Source: Methanobacteriota archaeon
GTDB lineage: Archaea > Thermoplasmatota > Poseidoniia > Poseidoniales > Thalassarchaeaceae
NCBI GenBank assembly: GCA_002698225.1
Contig: NZWD01000008.1
Span: 1-54,047 of the forward strand
Reading direction: 5' to 3'
Length of the DNA stretch: 54,047 bases
In this document: piece by piece, positions 28,501 through 38,920 of the stretch
Layout of the letters: the number at the start of each line of letters is the position of its first letter
Numbering within the stretch: position 1 is the first letter of the stretch
Translations under genes and position numbers: made by a program
Notes under the pieces: generated by a model
Database searches by the model: none
Seen by the model: the letters and a program-made list of their open reading frames with translations, nothing else
What the model was told of the DNA's origin: nothing

Positions 28501-30795
28501 TCAATTCGACGCACTCTCAAGTTGGAAGATTCTATCTCGCAACCGAGCCGCTCTCTCAAAGTCCAACCGAGCTGCTGCCTGCCTCATTTCCTTCTCCAAT
28601 TTCTCTCTGAGTTTGGCCGATTCACCCTGATTAACTGGTGAAAGCACCTCTTCAGCCGCAGCAACCCACTCTGGCTGACTGATGTTGTCCAGCACCGAGT
28701 CCGAGTTGTTCCAAACACCAGCACCGAGTCCGAACTTCTGTGCCAATCCCTCGAGTCCCTTCTTACCAGGCGCCTTCGCCACCATGCGACGACCCCCGCC
28801 CTTACCTCTACCGGCCACACCTGAGGCCAGGTCTCCGGCCTCTTCACTCATCACTGGCAGCGCCTTCTGGATGGTTGTAGGGATGATTCCATGCTCCTCA
28901 TTATGCTGGGCCTGTCGTCTACGCCTCGACAGCGTCTGCCCTATTGCAGCCTGCATGGCAGGAGAGACTGAATCTGCGTACAGTATGACTGAACCCCGCA
29001 CATTGCGGCTGGCCCTGCCGATGGTCTGGAGAAGTGAACGCTCATTGCGCAGAAAACCTTCCTTGTCGGCATCGAATATGGCGACTAATGATACCTCAGG
29101 AATATCTAGCCCCTCTCTAAGCAAGTTGATTCCGACGATGATGTCAATATGACCCAAACGCAGTGCCTTGATGATCTCAGTTCTCTCGAGAGTGTCAATC
29201 TCACTGTGTAGGTAGTGGGCTTTGAATCCCTGACGCTGTAGGTACTCGGCTACTTCCTCTGCGAACTTGATGGTCATCACTGTGACCAGAACCCTCTCGT
29301 CCTCTTCGATCCTCTTTCGAATCTCCTCCTCGAGATCCTGAATCTGACCTGAGGTCTGTCGGACCTCGATACTTGGATCTAGCAGACCAGTAGGGCGAAT
29401 CTCCATCGTAGAGATACCCTCTATCTTACCCATCAAGTCCTGCATCGATGCGCGCCTCAGAGGCTTTTCTCCATCTCCTGGAAGTGCTCCTCCTCCGCTT
29501 TGGATGTGCAGCAACTCTCGCGGAACCTCCTGTCCCGTCACCTCTGCTAGGTGACGCAACTCTCTTTCACCCGGAGTTGCGCTAACGTAGACCATTTGGT
29601 TGACGAGTTTCTGAAATTCATCAATTCGCAATGGCCTGTTATCATATGCTGAAGGGAGGCGGAATCCATGATCGATGAGATTCTTCTTGCGTGAGAAGTC
29701 TCCCCCGTGCATCCCAGATAACTGCGGCAGAGTAACATGCGACTCGTCCATCACTACCAGATACCTATCAGCTCCGCCGTGGTACTTCTCAGCGCACATG
29801 GCGAAGAAGTCAAGCAGGCAGTATGAACGCTCGCCGCGCTGTCTACCGTCGAAGTGCATCGAGTAATTTTCAACTCCCTTGCACGACCCAATCTCAGAAA
29901 GCATCTCTAGGTCAAACTTAGTTCGCTGCTCGATACGGTGAGATTCCATATCCATTCCCTCGCTGTGGAACCAGTCCATCCTCTCATCTAATTCGTACTC
30001 GATATCTTCCAGAGCCTGATTAAATCGCTCCTCATTGGTCATGTAGAATTCACGCGGGTGAATCCACGCCTCCTCGAAATCATCGAGCGTCTCCCATGAT
30101 ACAGCCTCGCAGGCTTGGATACGCTCGATACCGTCCCATCCGAAACGAATCCTCAACGGATCATCACGGCTTGGCATCCAGATGTCCAAGACCTCTCCAC
30201 GTAGGCGAATGTCACCACGTGTGATTTCCGCTGCAGTCCTGCGATACTGCAGGCCGACGAGTTGCTTGACTACTTCTTGTGGATCGGCCTCCTCACCGAC
30301 TGCTAACCTGAGATGATTCTGCTGGAAAACCTCAGGCGGATTCAGGCCGTAAATCACCGATACCGTGCCCACTGCAATCACATCGGGGCGTGAGACGAGC
30401 GAGGCCACAGTGGAGAACCTCTCTTGCTCTATACGCTCATTCATCTGCAGCTCCTTGTCGATGTACAAATCTCTCCCCGGGATGTAGGCCTCCGGTTGGT
30501 AGTAGTCGTAGTAACTGACGAAGTACTCAACCGCGTTCTCGGGGAACAGCTCACTCATCTCTTGCCACAATTGGCGAGCAAGAGTCTTGTTATGCGAGAG
30601 AATTAGGGTGGGAATCTGCAACCTCTCGATTACCTTGGCCATCGCGAATGTCTTGCCCGATCCAGTCACTCCAAGTAACACACAACGCTCTTGACCGCTC
30701 TCAATCTGTTCGACCAACTTGTCAATTGCCTGCTGTTGGTCTCCAGCCGAATCGTATTCTGACTTCAGTCTGAATATCGCTGAATCACCCATCAT
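28501..30795 (-). CDS. uvrB: Excinuclease ABC subunit B
   Basis: GDQ, LGVTGSGKT, HNKTLA.QL, FVSYYDYYQPEAY, DESH, GINLLREGLDIPEV, C-terminal UVR domain. Confidence 0.96.
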   Translation of the reverse strand: MMGDSAIFRLKSEYDSAGDQQQAIDKLVEQIESGQERCVLLGVTGSGKTFAMAKVIERLQIPTLILSHNKTLARQLWQEMSELFPENAVEYFVSYYDYYQPEAYIPGRDLYIDKELQMNERIEQERFSTVASLVSRPDVIAVGTVSVIYGLNPPEVFQQNHLRLAVGEEADPQEVVKQLVGLQYRRTAAEITRGDIRLRGEVLDIWMPSRDDPLRIRFGWDGIERIQACEAVSWETLDDFEEAWIHPREFYMTNEERFNQALEDIEYELDERMDWFHSEGMDMESHRIEQRTKFDLEMLSEIGSCKGVENYSMHFDGRQRGERSYCLLDFFAMCAEKYHGGADRYLVVMDESHVTLPQLSGMHGGDFSRKKNLIDHGFRLPSAYDNRPLRIDEFQKLVNQMVYVSATPGERELRHLAEVTGQEVPRELLHIQSGGGALPGDGEKPLRRASMQDLMGKIEGISTMEIRPTGLLDPSIEVRQTSGQIQDLEEEIRKRIEEDERVLVTVMTIKFAEEVAEYLQRQGFKAHYLHSEIDTLERTEIIKALRLGHIDIIVGINLLREGLDIPEVSLVAIFDADKEGFLRNERSLLQTIGRASRNVRGSVILYADSVSPAMQAAIGQTLSRRRRQAQHNEEHGIIPTTIQKALPVMSEEAGDLASGVAGRGKGGGRRMVAKAPGKKGLEGLAQKFGLGAGVWNNSDSVLDNISQPEWVAAAEEVLSPVNQGESAKLREKLEKEMRQAAARLDFERAARLRDRIFQLESASN

Positions 30796-31718
30796 ATCGC
30801 CTCTACTAGGGTGAGGCTGACTAGCAGAGCCCAACCAGTCAGCATCGAGACATTGAACAAGTTCTTCTGGAAAACACCCATCGCATCTTCAGACTCAATC
30901 GAGGACTGTGCTCCCTTGGTCATCACTAGGATGTTAACAAGCGCCATCACAACCGCGGCAGGAATCCACAGTGAGTAACCAGGACTGCTGTTGGTGACTT
31001 CATGCAATCCAGTGAGAAGGAAGCAGAGCGCCCAACCCATAGTCAGAGCAACGCTCATTCCGGTGGTCGCCCTGTCTCCGAAGAGGGAGGGGAACGACTT
31101 GATTCCCTGCTCACGGTCTACATTCACATCCATGCGCGCGTAGTTCACATCGAAGGCTGCAATCCAAAGCGCCACTCCCATTGAGATGAAGAATATCTCA
31201 GGATACCACAGGAAGATGCCTTCGACACCAGTTATGGCGCCCCATCCGTGAACATCGGCGGTGATGGCGACCCAGGCGCCCGCTGGAGCGAGTCCTAGAC
31301 ACAGCCCCAACCATAGGTGACAGATCCACGACACCCTCTTCGTGTACGGATAAATCATGAATGCGAGTACAGGCAACCAAACCATCTGCAGCGCCACTTC
31401 GTTCAGCATCCACGCGGAGAATACCAGTGTAACTAAGAAGGCAATAGCGAGCCCCCAAGCAGTTTCCTTTGACATCATACCTGAAGGAAGATGACGGGAT
31501 GCAGTACGTGGGTTTTCAGCGTCAATATCACTGTCGATAATACGATTCAGCACCATTGCCAGACCCCTGGCTCCTACTGCTGCTAGCAGAATCCACAACA
31601 GGTCCAGTGACCCCGATCCGAACTCCGCGTGTGCCAGAACATAACCAATCAGTACGAACGGCAGCGAGAAGAGTGTATGCTCTACCTTGACGAACTCAAG
31701 AATCTCCTTGACTCCCAT
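30792..31718 (-). CDS. ubiA: UbiA-family polyprenyltransferase (MqnP-like)
   Basis: KVEHTLFSLPF, NRIIDSDIDAENPRTASRHLP, YPYTKR, FDVNYARMD; multi-TM. Confidence 0.88.
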   Translation of the reverse strand: MGVKEILEFVKVEHTLFSLPFVLIGYVLAHAEFGSGSLDLLWILLAAVGARGLAMVLNRIIDSDIDAENPRTASRHLPSGMMSKETAWGLAIAFLVTLVFSAWMLNEVALQMVWLPVLAFMIYPYTKRVSWICHLWLGLCLGLAPAGAWVAITADVHGWGAITGVEGIFLWYPEIFFISMGVALWIAAFDVNYARMDVNVDREQGIKSFPSLFGDRATTGMSVALTMGWALCFLLTGLHEVTNSSPGYSLWIPAAVVMALVNILVMTKGAQSSIESEDAMGVFQKNLFNVSMLTGWALLVSLTLVEAI

Positions 31719-33589
31719 TAGTAGCCCCCCTCGGCCAGCCATGCATCCACTCTCTCGGCCACCTCAGGGTCGTGAAGGGTCACTCCCGGCCAGCGTCGAA
31801 CCGGCATAGGCCCCTTGTTCGATGGTATCGGAGCGGTGGCATCCCACGCAACTCGACCACCGGTCTCGTCAAAGTACAGATCGCGGCCGACATCGAAGCG
31901 ACATAGTAACTGCCAGAGCATGCGCCTGCGCCAGTCCTCGCTGGCCAAATATGCATCATCATCGGTGATGAACAGCCAGCGCAGATTCTTGGCAGCCTCT
32001 AGAGACCATATCGACTCGCAGATTCCACGAATCACCTCCCTCTGCCTAGCTGCACCCTCTTCACTGATAATCTCCATACTGCTCTCAGGCTTCGGCCCGC
32101 CTTCGATGTTGGTTGTCACCACCAGCATGGAAGGCCTCAGCATCCTTGCTTGGATTACTCCGCTGACAGCAGATGCTGAGATCGCTAATGTCTCCGGGCA
32201 TCCCTGCTGCTCTGGTAGGTCACTATTCGGGTCCCCTTTTGGAGTTGAAGTAGCATCGATAATCAGCTTGTCATGGATGTTGTCCCAAGGTGCTGCATGA
32301 GCCAGTGTATCAGCCACCATACCTCTTAGCAGAACCAGATCTTCAGGGATTTGAGCACGGTAGTCTATCGCATCAAGCAGTGCATCCAAGTCCTTGACCG
32401 GATGGTCCTCGTCGACAACCACCACCACCTTCTGGAACATCAGTTGCCCGGCACCAAGAAGTCCCAAAGCGGTCTTGCGCCCCTGTCTTGGATAGCGCTG
32501 CTTGGAGGCAACTATGGCGAGATTGTGAAAACCAGTCTCCAAAGGCAAGAACAAATTGGCCACATCTCTGTGCTGGAAACGAAGAACGGGCAGGAATGCG
32601 TCTCCAACCGCCTCTCCGAGATAGCCATCCTCCATCGGTGGTGTACCGACGATGGTCATCGGGACCATCGCATCTCTACGATGAGTAATCCTTGTGACAT
32701 GCATCACTGGATAGGGTTCAGCGAGAGAGTAGTAGCCGAAGTGATCGCCAAAGGGACCCTCCATCCTAGTCTCCCCGGGAACTGTGTAACCTTCGATTAC
32801 TATGTCGCAGTCAGCCGGTACCCAAAGATCATTGGTCTTGCACTTCACAATCCGCAACCTCCTGCCTGCGAGAAGTCCTGCGAATTCATACTCACTCAGA
32901 TTATCCGGCAGAGGGGCGATGGCGCTGAAGGTAAGTTCCGGTGGTCCACCCAGACAGATGGCAACAGGCATCCTACCTGTGGCAGCATCGGCGTGGTCGG
33001 CACCATGCTTGTGAGCCTGCCAATGCAGGCCGACCTCAGTAGGTCCAAACACCTGACTTCGATACATTCCCATATTATGCTCCCTGCTCTCCGGGTCTGC
33101 AGTGACTACTAGGGGTAGTGTCATGAATCTCCCACCGTCCTCCGGCCAGGTCTTAGGAATGGGAAGCACTGTCACATCGGGCTCCTCCATAACGACCTGT
33201 TGACAGGCCCCCCTCGAAGTCTTTCGAGGAGCCATTGACATCCCGTCTAGGGCAAGTCCGATGCCCTTCCAGGGGGCTCTCATGATTGCACCTACATCCG
33301 GCTTCATCAGAGCTACCATCTTCTCACCGACTTCTTTGGGCTCGGTTACTCCCAGAGCCCGGTTAGTCCGGTCTCTAGTTCCATAGAGATTCATCAGCAG
33401 CGGGAATGGACTGATACTGCCGTCAGGAAGACGAGGCTGCTCGAACTTAATTGCAGGCCCACCTCGCTTGACCATACGGTCAGCGAAGCATCCTGCTTCG
33501 AGTTCGACATCCACCGGATCGGGTATCCTGAGGAGTTCTCCAGAATCCTCTAGCGACCTGACATAGTCGGACAGCCGCTTCCAACCCAT
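31718..33589 (-). CDS. ubiD: UbiD-family decarboxylase (menaquinone-pathway, MqnL-like)
   Basis: WPEDGGRF.T, N.GMYR, EGPFGDHFGYYS, VGTPPMED, extended C-terminus. Confidence 0.9.
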   Translation of the reverse strand: MGWKRLSDYVRSLEDSGELLRIPDPVDVELEAGCFADRMVKRGGPAIKFEQPRLPDGSISPFPLLMNLYGTRDRTNRALGVTEPKEVGEKMVALMKPDVGAIMRAPWKGIGLALDGMSMAPRKTSRGACQQVVMEEPDVTVLPIPKTWPEDGGRFMTLPLVVTADPESREHNMGMYRSQVFGPTEVGLHWQAHKHGADHADAATGRMPVAICLGGPPELTFSAIAPLPDNLSEYEFAGLLAGRRLRIVKCKTNDLWVPADCDIVIEGYTVPGETRMEGPFGDHFGYYSLAEPYPVMHVTRITHRRDAMVPMTIVGTPPMEDGYLGEAVGDAFLPVLRFQHRDVANLFLPLETGFHNLAIVASKQRYPRQGRKTALGLLGAGQLMFQKVVVVVDEDHPVKDLDALLDAIDYRAQIPEDLVLLRGMVADTLAHAAPWDNIHDKLIIDATSTPKGDPNSDLPEQQGCPETLAISASAVSGVIQARMLRPSMLVVTTNIEGGPKPESSMEIISEEGAARQREVIRGICESIWSLEAAKNLRWLFITDDDAYLASEDWRRRMLWQLLCRFDVGRDLYFDETGGRVAWDATAPIPSNKGPMPVRRWPGVTLHDPEVAERVDAWLAEGGY

Positions 33590-33683
33590 GACTGTCCGGG
33601 ACGCTCACAGAATGAGAATGTTCGCTCGCCATCATAGATGGCGCAACCGACGGATTCTTTGACACTAGGCCACCCGCAAGGCC

Positions 33684-34931
33684 ATGGGTGATGCGGTGAA
33701 CATGTGCGATGTCCTAGTTATCGGGGCCGGCCCGGGTGGTGGAAACGCTGCTTTGCAGTCGGCTAAGAAAGGCCTTTCGACCATTCTCATTGAGGATCAT
33801 CCTGCTATCGGAACCCCCGTTCACTGCGGCGAGTGCATCTCCGAGATTGCATGTCAGAATCTAGGCATCAAGCTCCCAGACCATGTCGTCAGCATGGAAG
33901 TACACGGAATTCGCGTGATTTTCCCGGACGGCACTGAGAAATGCCTCACTGAGGAGGGCTATGTCCTCGAGAAGCACCTCTTTGAGAGATGGATTGCAGA
34001 TGAGGCCATCTCTGCCGGTGCCAGCATGCACCTGAATCACAAAATCTCCTCGATGGAGAGGGTTGTGGAGGACGGTAAGTTCGCAGGCTGGATGTGCGAC
34101 GGCAAGGGAGACAACTTCCCGATTCAAGCGAAGATAGTTATCGATGCATCGGGCGTCGCTGCAGTCTGCTCGAAGTTAGTCAAACTGGACGATGACAAAC
34201 CACTCAATGAGATGGGCAAGGTAGTCGCGGGGATGCAGTACGAGATGCTGGAGGTTCCTACAGACGGGTATCTAGACTTCTACATCTGGCCAGAGTACGC
34301 CGAGAAGGGGTATCTGTGGATGATTCCTAAGTGTGATGGTAGGGCCAATGTCGGATTGGTAACCGAAGACAGGCCTCGCGCGAAGAAGGCCTTGGACGAA
34401 TTCATTGATATTACCCACTTCAAGGAGCTCGAGCAGGTTCACCCACCTTGGAAGGAGAAGGGAACTCATGCCTTTGGCGGCACAATCCCAATATCTGGGC
34501 CATTCGAGAATACTCACCACGACGGTCTGATGTTGGTGGGCGATGCGGCAGGCTTCACTTCACCCCTATTCGAGGGTGGCTCACATCTCGCTCTGAAGTC
34601 CGCAGTCTATGCGGCGGAAACCGCAGCTGCAGCAATATCCGAAGGCGATCTCAGCAGTTCTAGATTGGCTCAGTACACCAAGCTTTGGAAGGACGAGTTC
34701 CCACCCTATGACAAGATTCTCAACGGCAAGAACGCACTCTTCGATTTGACCGATGATGAAATGTCGGTGATGGCCCGATGTTTCCCCGATGAGATGTCAG
34801 ACATGGGAGTAAGCGGCAAGGCCCTAGTTGCACTCAGGCTTCTGGCTCGAAGCCCCAATCTCTACTTCAAGCGGATAGTCCCAGCTATGCTGGCCTTCGG
34901 ATACAGTCGTGCCAAGTACTACGGGTGGTGA
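33684..34931 (+). CDS. Geranylgeranyl reductase family FAD oxidoreductase
   Basis: GAGPGG, PVHCGE, YLWMIPK..ANVG, VGDAAG..SPLFEGG. Confidence 0.88.
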   Translation: MGDAVNMCDVLVIGAGPGGGNAALQSAKKGLSTILIEDHPAIGTPVHCGECISEIACQNLGIKLPDHVVSMEVHGIRVIFPDGTEKCLTEEGYVLEKHLFERWIADEAISAGASMHLNHKISSMERVVEDGKFAGWMCDGKGDNFPIQAKIVIDASGVAAVCSKLVKLDDDKPLNEMGKVVAGMQYEMLEVPTDGYLDFYIWPEYAEKGYLWMIPKCDGRANVGLVTEDRPRAKKALDEFIDITHFKELEQVHPPWKEKGTHAFGGTIPISGPFENTHHDGLMLVGDAAGFTSPLFEGGSHLALKSAVYAAETAAAAISEGDLSSSRLAQYTKLWKDEFPPYDKILNGKNALFDLTDDEMSVMARCFPDEMSDMGVSGKALVALRLLARSPNLYFKRIVPAMLAFGYSRAKYYGW

Positions 34932-37297
34932 TCTGCATACTCCCTGCCTTGGGGCTCGTACTGCTCGTGCTCGCCGTTGTGACCAGTCTTCATCAGGTGA
35001 TGCGGCCAGAAAAGGCCGGAGATGTACTGGTCAGAAATGTCACCCTAGCCACACAAGTTTCCCCATTTGCCTTGTTGGTAGGTGCGTTTGTGGTCGATGC
35101 CTCCAGTCTTGATTTAGTGGCCAGATTCGGTGGTCAGGGACTGCCTCTGCTGTATCGTGTCTCGGCCGTTTGGGGTGGTAGAGCCGGACCACTCCTGTTG
35201 TGGGCAGCTCTGCTTGGAGTCGTGACATGGATGATGGCAGAGAAAGACAAGCCAGCTAGACTTGAGGTTCGAATCATGCATGTCTTGGTTGCATCCATTC
35301 TCCTACTGTCATGGTTACTTGACCCATTTGCCGCTGCTGGGCAGCAGCAAGGGGAACTACATCCCTTACTACAGACTGACTTGATGGTCATCCACCCGCC
35401 AATTGTATTCGCCTACTACTCGCTATGCCTCGCCACCGCGAGCGTGGCAATTGCCGGTGTAATCAGACAAGACTCCTCAGAATCGATTCACAACTCACAA
35501 CTTTACTGGGCTAGAGCCGCCTTCCTCGTAGGTACGATTGGGATCGGCCTAGGGGGCTTGTGGGCATACACAGTTCTCGACTGGGGCGGCTATTGGGCTT
35601 GGGATCCGGTTGAGACAGGATCTCTATTGCCCTGGCTCGCCCTCCTGCTGGTTATTCATGTCAGGGCCCAGTCCGGCTCGAAGGCTATTGCAGCCGCACC
35701 CGCAATCGGAATCATCTCCGGCGCGCTAGCTTTCCATGCCACTATGGTCACCCGCGCAAATGGCGTCTGGGCGTCCGTCCATGCATTCGTTGCTGATGGA
35801 GAAGGCACTCTTTCCGAGGACCCGTATCTCAGGGTCCTAGAGATCGCTGAATGGAGTCCTGTGGGTATTGAGGTTACATCGTATCTTGTTGTGATGGTTG
35901 CCATGGGCTGCTTCGCCATGTTGCATTTGGTTAGAGAGCAGAGAGCGTCAGTATCATTGGCTGGCGGACAGACCATGCTGGAGCAGAATCCTTCGATGTC
36001 AAAGATTCTGATTCTGATATTCCTCATCATCGCTCTTTGGATTGGCTCGAGCGCGATACTTGCAGTTGGATTTGCTTTGATGCTGCTGATTGTCAACGGC
36101 GACTCGCATCGACCTCCCATGCATTGGATTTCTCTGGGAGTCGTGATGATGCTGTTCTCCAGTTGGCTGTGGATTTCTGACATCCAGCAGTCAGTCGCTG
36201 CCATGGTACCCTTCCTAGCACCTTGGCTACTATCTCCTGAGAATGAGAGCGAGTTTGAATCCGTGTTATTGCCATTCTCTGACCTCTCAGCGAGAACCCG
36301 TGTGGCACGAATGACTCCTTGGTATGGAGGCACAGCATTCCTGCTGCTTACATGGCTGCTCCTAACCGTCGAGATTGACGGCCCCAGCCTCGAGGCGCAC
36401 GAGTTCTACGGAGCACCGCTACTCGGACTGCTCGCACTCGCTCTGGCACTGTACGGCTGGGGACGCTCACTCCCTGCCGACAAGGGTCCCGCTGTAGTAG
36501 GTCTGGCATTGACCGCCTCGATTACCCTCGCAGCTTTAAGCGACAAACTACCTCTACCCGGCGACCCAGAACTAGTTGTGACAAGTGGCATTACTAGAGG
36601 GGCAGTCGGTGCTTTCGTCCTGACCTGGCTACTCATTTCCCTACCTACAACCGCCAAGCAAGCCTGGCAAACAGCGAAGAGGACCATCCCTCATTTTCGA
36701 GTAGGAGGAACTGGAGGTAGAAATGCTGCCCGCGCGAGGCTCATCGGCTCGCATCTGGCGCACCTTGGGATTCTGCTACTTCTGGTGGGTCACATTCTGA
36801 CTACGACCATGCTAGACCGTTCGGACCCATCTCATCTGATCACTCTTCAGAAGGGCGAGGCAATCGAGCACGAGGGATACGAGATGGTTTTCGTAGGCAT
36901 GGAACTGATTCCCTCGGAGCATCAGGACTACGACTTTCCTGTTGGTGACGGCTTCATCGGGGTATCGATCGAAGTCTGGCAGAACAACGAGCTCATTGAC
37001 ACTCTGAGGCCGGGCATGCTACGATTCGATTCCCCCAGTGGGGCCGTAAACGCTCGCTCTGAGGTTGACAGGATGAGCAGATTGTCTGGTGATACCATTG
37101 TAATCCTTGACCTAGCCCAGTCCAACGACCTACTCAGCTCGATGATTCTTGGAGGCGTAGATGAGGTTGAGACTGTCAGGGTGACCATCTATGATTTGCA
37201 GGGCAGTCATCTGGTCTGGCTTGGCTGGGCCCTAATCATGCTTGGAGGTCTAGCGGCTCTATCAAGCGGCCGAGAAGGGGCGCAGGAAGAGGAGTAG
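34928..37297 (+). CDS. ccmF: Cytochrome c biogenesis haem lyase CcmF
   Basis: SAVWGG..GPLLLW, HPLLQ...IHPP, WWD motif WAY..LDWGGYWAWDPVETGSL, SVHAF, AHLG; GTGA overlap with GGR. Confidence 0.88.
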   Translation: MICILPALGLVLLVLAVVTSLHQVMRPEKAGDVLVRNVTLATQVSPFALLVGAFVVDASSLDLVARFGGQGLPLLYRVSAVWGGRAGPLLLWAALLGVVTWMMAEKDKPARLEVRIMHVLVASILLLSWLLDPFAAAGQQQGELHPLLQTDLMVIHPPIVFAYYSLCLATASVAIAGVIRQDSSESIHNSQLYWARAAFLVGTIGIGLGGLWAYTVLDWGGYWAWDPVETGSLLPWLALLLVIHVRAQSGSKAIAAAPAIGIISGALAFHATMVTRANGVWASVHAFVADGEGTLSEDPYLRVLEIAEWSPVGIEVTSYLVVMVAMGCFAMLHLVREQRASVSLAGGQTMLEQNPSMSKILILIFLIIALWIGSSAILAVGFALMLLIVNGDSHRPPMHWISLGVVMMLFSSWLWISDIQQSVAAMVPFLAPWLLSPENESEFESVLLPFSDLSARTRVARMTPWYGGTAFLLLTWLLLTVEIDGPSLEAHEFYGAPLLGLLALALALYGWGRSLPADKGPAVVGLALTASITLAALSDKLPLPGDPELVVTSGITRGAVGAFVLTWLLISLPTTAKQAWQTAKRTIPHFRVGGTGGRNAARARLIGSHLAHLGILLLLVGHILTTTMLDRSDPSHLITLQKGEAIEHEGYEMVFVGMELIPSEHQDYDFPVGDGFIGVSIEVWQNNELIDTLRPGMLRFDSPSGAVNARSEVDRMSRLSGDTIVILDLAQSNDLLSSMILGGVDEVETVRVTIYDLQGSHLVWLGWALIMLGGLAALSSGREGAQEEE

Positions 37298-37379
37298 ACC
37301 CGTTTAATCCACCCTTTGGGTGGACCGAGCGTATCAAAAAGGGGAGATAGGTCGGCGGGTCGCCTCAGGAGGCTATTAC

Positions 37380-38075
37380 ATGGATAACGGCACAATAGTC
37401 CACATCGATTATGATCTATTCAATGCAGATAATGACAAGCTCATCGAGACCACTCGTGAGGACATCGCCAAGGAGCACGACGCTCATGACGAGACTCGCA
37501 CTTATTCCCCCATGATTACCGTCATAGGAGATGGCAGACTGATTGCAGGGTTCGAGTCACATCTCAATGAGGCAGAGGCTGAGGCCGACTACAGTATCGA
37601 CATTGAACCCTCAGATGCCTACGGCGAGCGCGATGCGAGCCTCGTAGAGACCATCGGCCAGAATGTGCTGATGCGTAGTGTGCGCGACCCCGAGATGCTC
37701 GGAATCGGCGCACCTGTGGAGATTGGTGGACGCCAAGGCATTCTACAGTTCCTCAGCGCTGGTCGTGCTAGGATAGACTACAACCATCCTCTGGCAGGGG
37801 TCACTCTGCGCTACAATTACCGAATCACCAAGGTCGTCGAGGATCGTAGTGAGAAGGTCGAAACTCTACTCAACATGAACACTGGACGCGACGATTTTGA
37901 GGTAGAATTTGAAGGCGATGACCTGACAATCACCACTCCCGAGGCTGTGGCTTACGATCAGAACTGGACCTTCACCAAGTTCAGCCTCGTGCGCACTCTA
38001 AGGGACCACCTTGGAGTTGGCATCGTAGTGTTCAAGGAAGTCCATGAGCCTCGTGTGGCGGATGAAGAAGAATAA
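37380..38075 (+). CDS. slyD: FKBP-type peptidyl-prolyl isomerase (archaeal long SlyD)
   Basis: IDY....LIETT, G.LIAGFE, P.DAYGER, IDYNHPLAG.TL.Y. Confidence 0.9.
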   Translation: MDNGTIVHIDYDLFNADNDKLIETTREDIAKEHDAHDETRTYSPMITVIGDGRLIAGFESHLNEAEAEADYSIDIEPSDAYGERDASLVETIGQNVLMRSVRDPEMLGIGAPVEIGGRQGILQFLSAGRARIDYNHPLAGVTLRYNYRITKVVEDRSEKVETLLNMNTGRDDFEVEFEGDDLTITTPEAVAYDQNWTFTKFSLVRTLRDHLGVGIVVFKEVHEPRVADEEE

Positions 38076-38231
38076 TCACCCAGTGCAACATTCTTCCCCT
38101 ACTGCCCGTTCGATTATCTTGCCTCAATGACGACGACAGGGTTACCGAGCGAAGGCATTGACGTTCCCTATGAGTACCGAGAGGCACCAAACATACAGCG
38201 TATTGAAGTCACATTGACCTCCCCGTGAACC

Positions 38232-38849
38232 ATGCGAGGTTGCTTCGAGGCACTAACCGTCCTCGCCCTGCTGCTCGTGTCCACACTGACCTCTGGATGC
38301 CTAGGACTAGCCGCTCAGAGAGAAGTGATGGAATCATGGCGAGAGCTCCCGTCAACATTCCCCAAGGAGGAGAACTTTGGTTGGGACCACACCTTCGAAT
38401 CATCAGGAATCGAAGCGGCCGATCCATTCCAGAGGGAGGAGCTGATTATGTTCGACGAGAGTGTGAATGAGCTGGTTATCAATTTCCGGGCCCAGTTCCC
38501 TTGGTCATCGCAGATTGAGGAAGTGATAGGAAACGAGACCAATGAGTTCCGCTATGTCGAGGTGCGACTGTGGGAGCCTGGCGTTAAGGAGACCGGTGGC
38601 AACCCGTACTGGGAGGTTAGGGCCACGCAGGACTACCCTCAGACTGTCTTCGTACTCGGAAATGGCAGTTTTATGGATGGAAACTGGCTTTTCGAGATTG
38701 AGGCTAGAGGGTACGGAATAACCGCCCCGATAGAGCAACTCTCTTTCCATGACAGCTTTGATGTGTACCTCACCATAACGCGTCCATGCGTGCGCTTCGA
38801 AGAGGTACATGATACGGGCGAATGTACATTTCTGAGCGATTTGGAGTGA
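38232..38849 (+). CDS. Hypothetical lipoprotein
   Basis: Hydrophobic signal ending LTSGC; acidic beta-rich body. Confidence 0.65.
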   Translation: MRGCFEALTVLALLLVSTLTSGCLGLAAQREVMESWRELPSTFPKEENFGWDHTFESSGIEAADPFQREELIMFDESVNELVINFRAQFPWSSQIEEVIGNETNEFRYVEVRLWEPGVKETGGNPYWEVRATQDYPQTVFVLGNGSFMDGNWLFEIEARGYGITAPIEQLSFHDSFDVYLTITRPCVRFEEVHDTGECTFLSDLE

Positions 38850-38920
38850 CCTTCGCCATACGGGGCGATGCGTAGCGCTTATCAGTCAATGTCAGGTCGC
38901 CGCGACGCTGAGGATTCAAC

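Noticed and set aside
38127-38228. 33-aa ORF MTTTGLPSEGIDVPYEYREAPNIQRIEVTLTSP upstream of the lipoprotein
   Set aside because: No SD and no recognisable motif, and it overlaps the likely promoter of the next gene; cannot be supported without conservation data.
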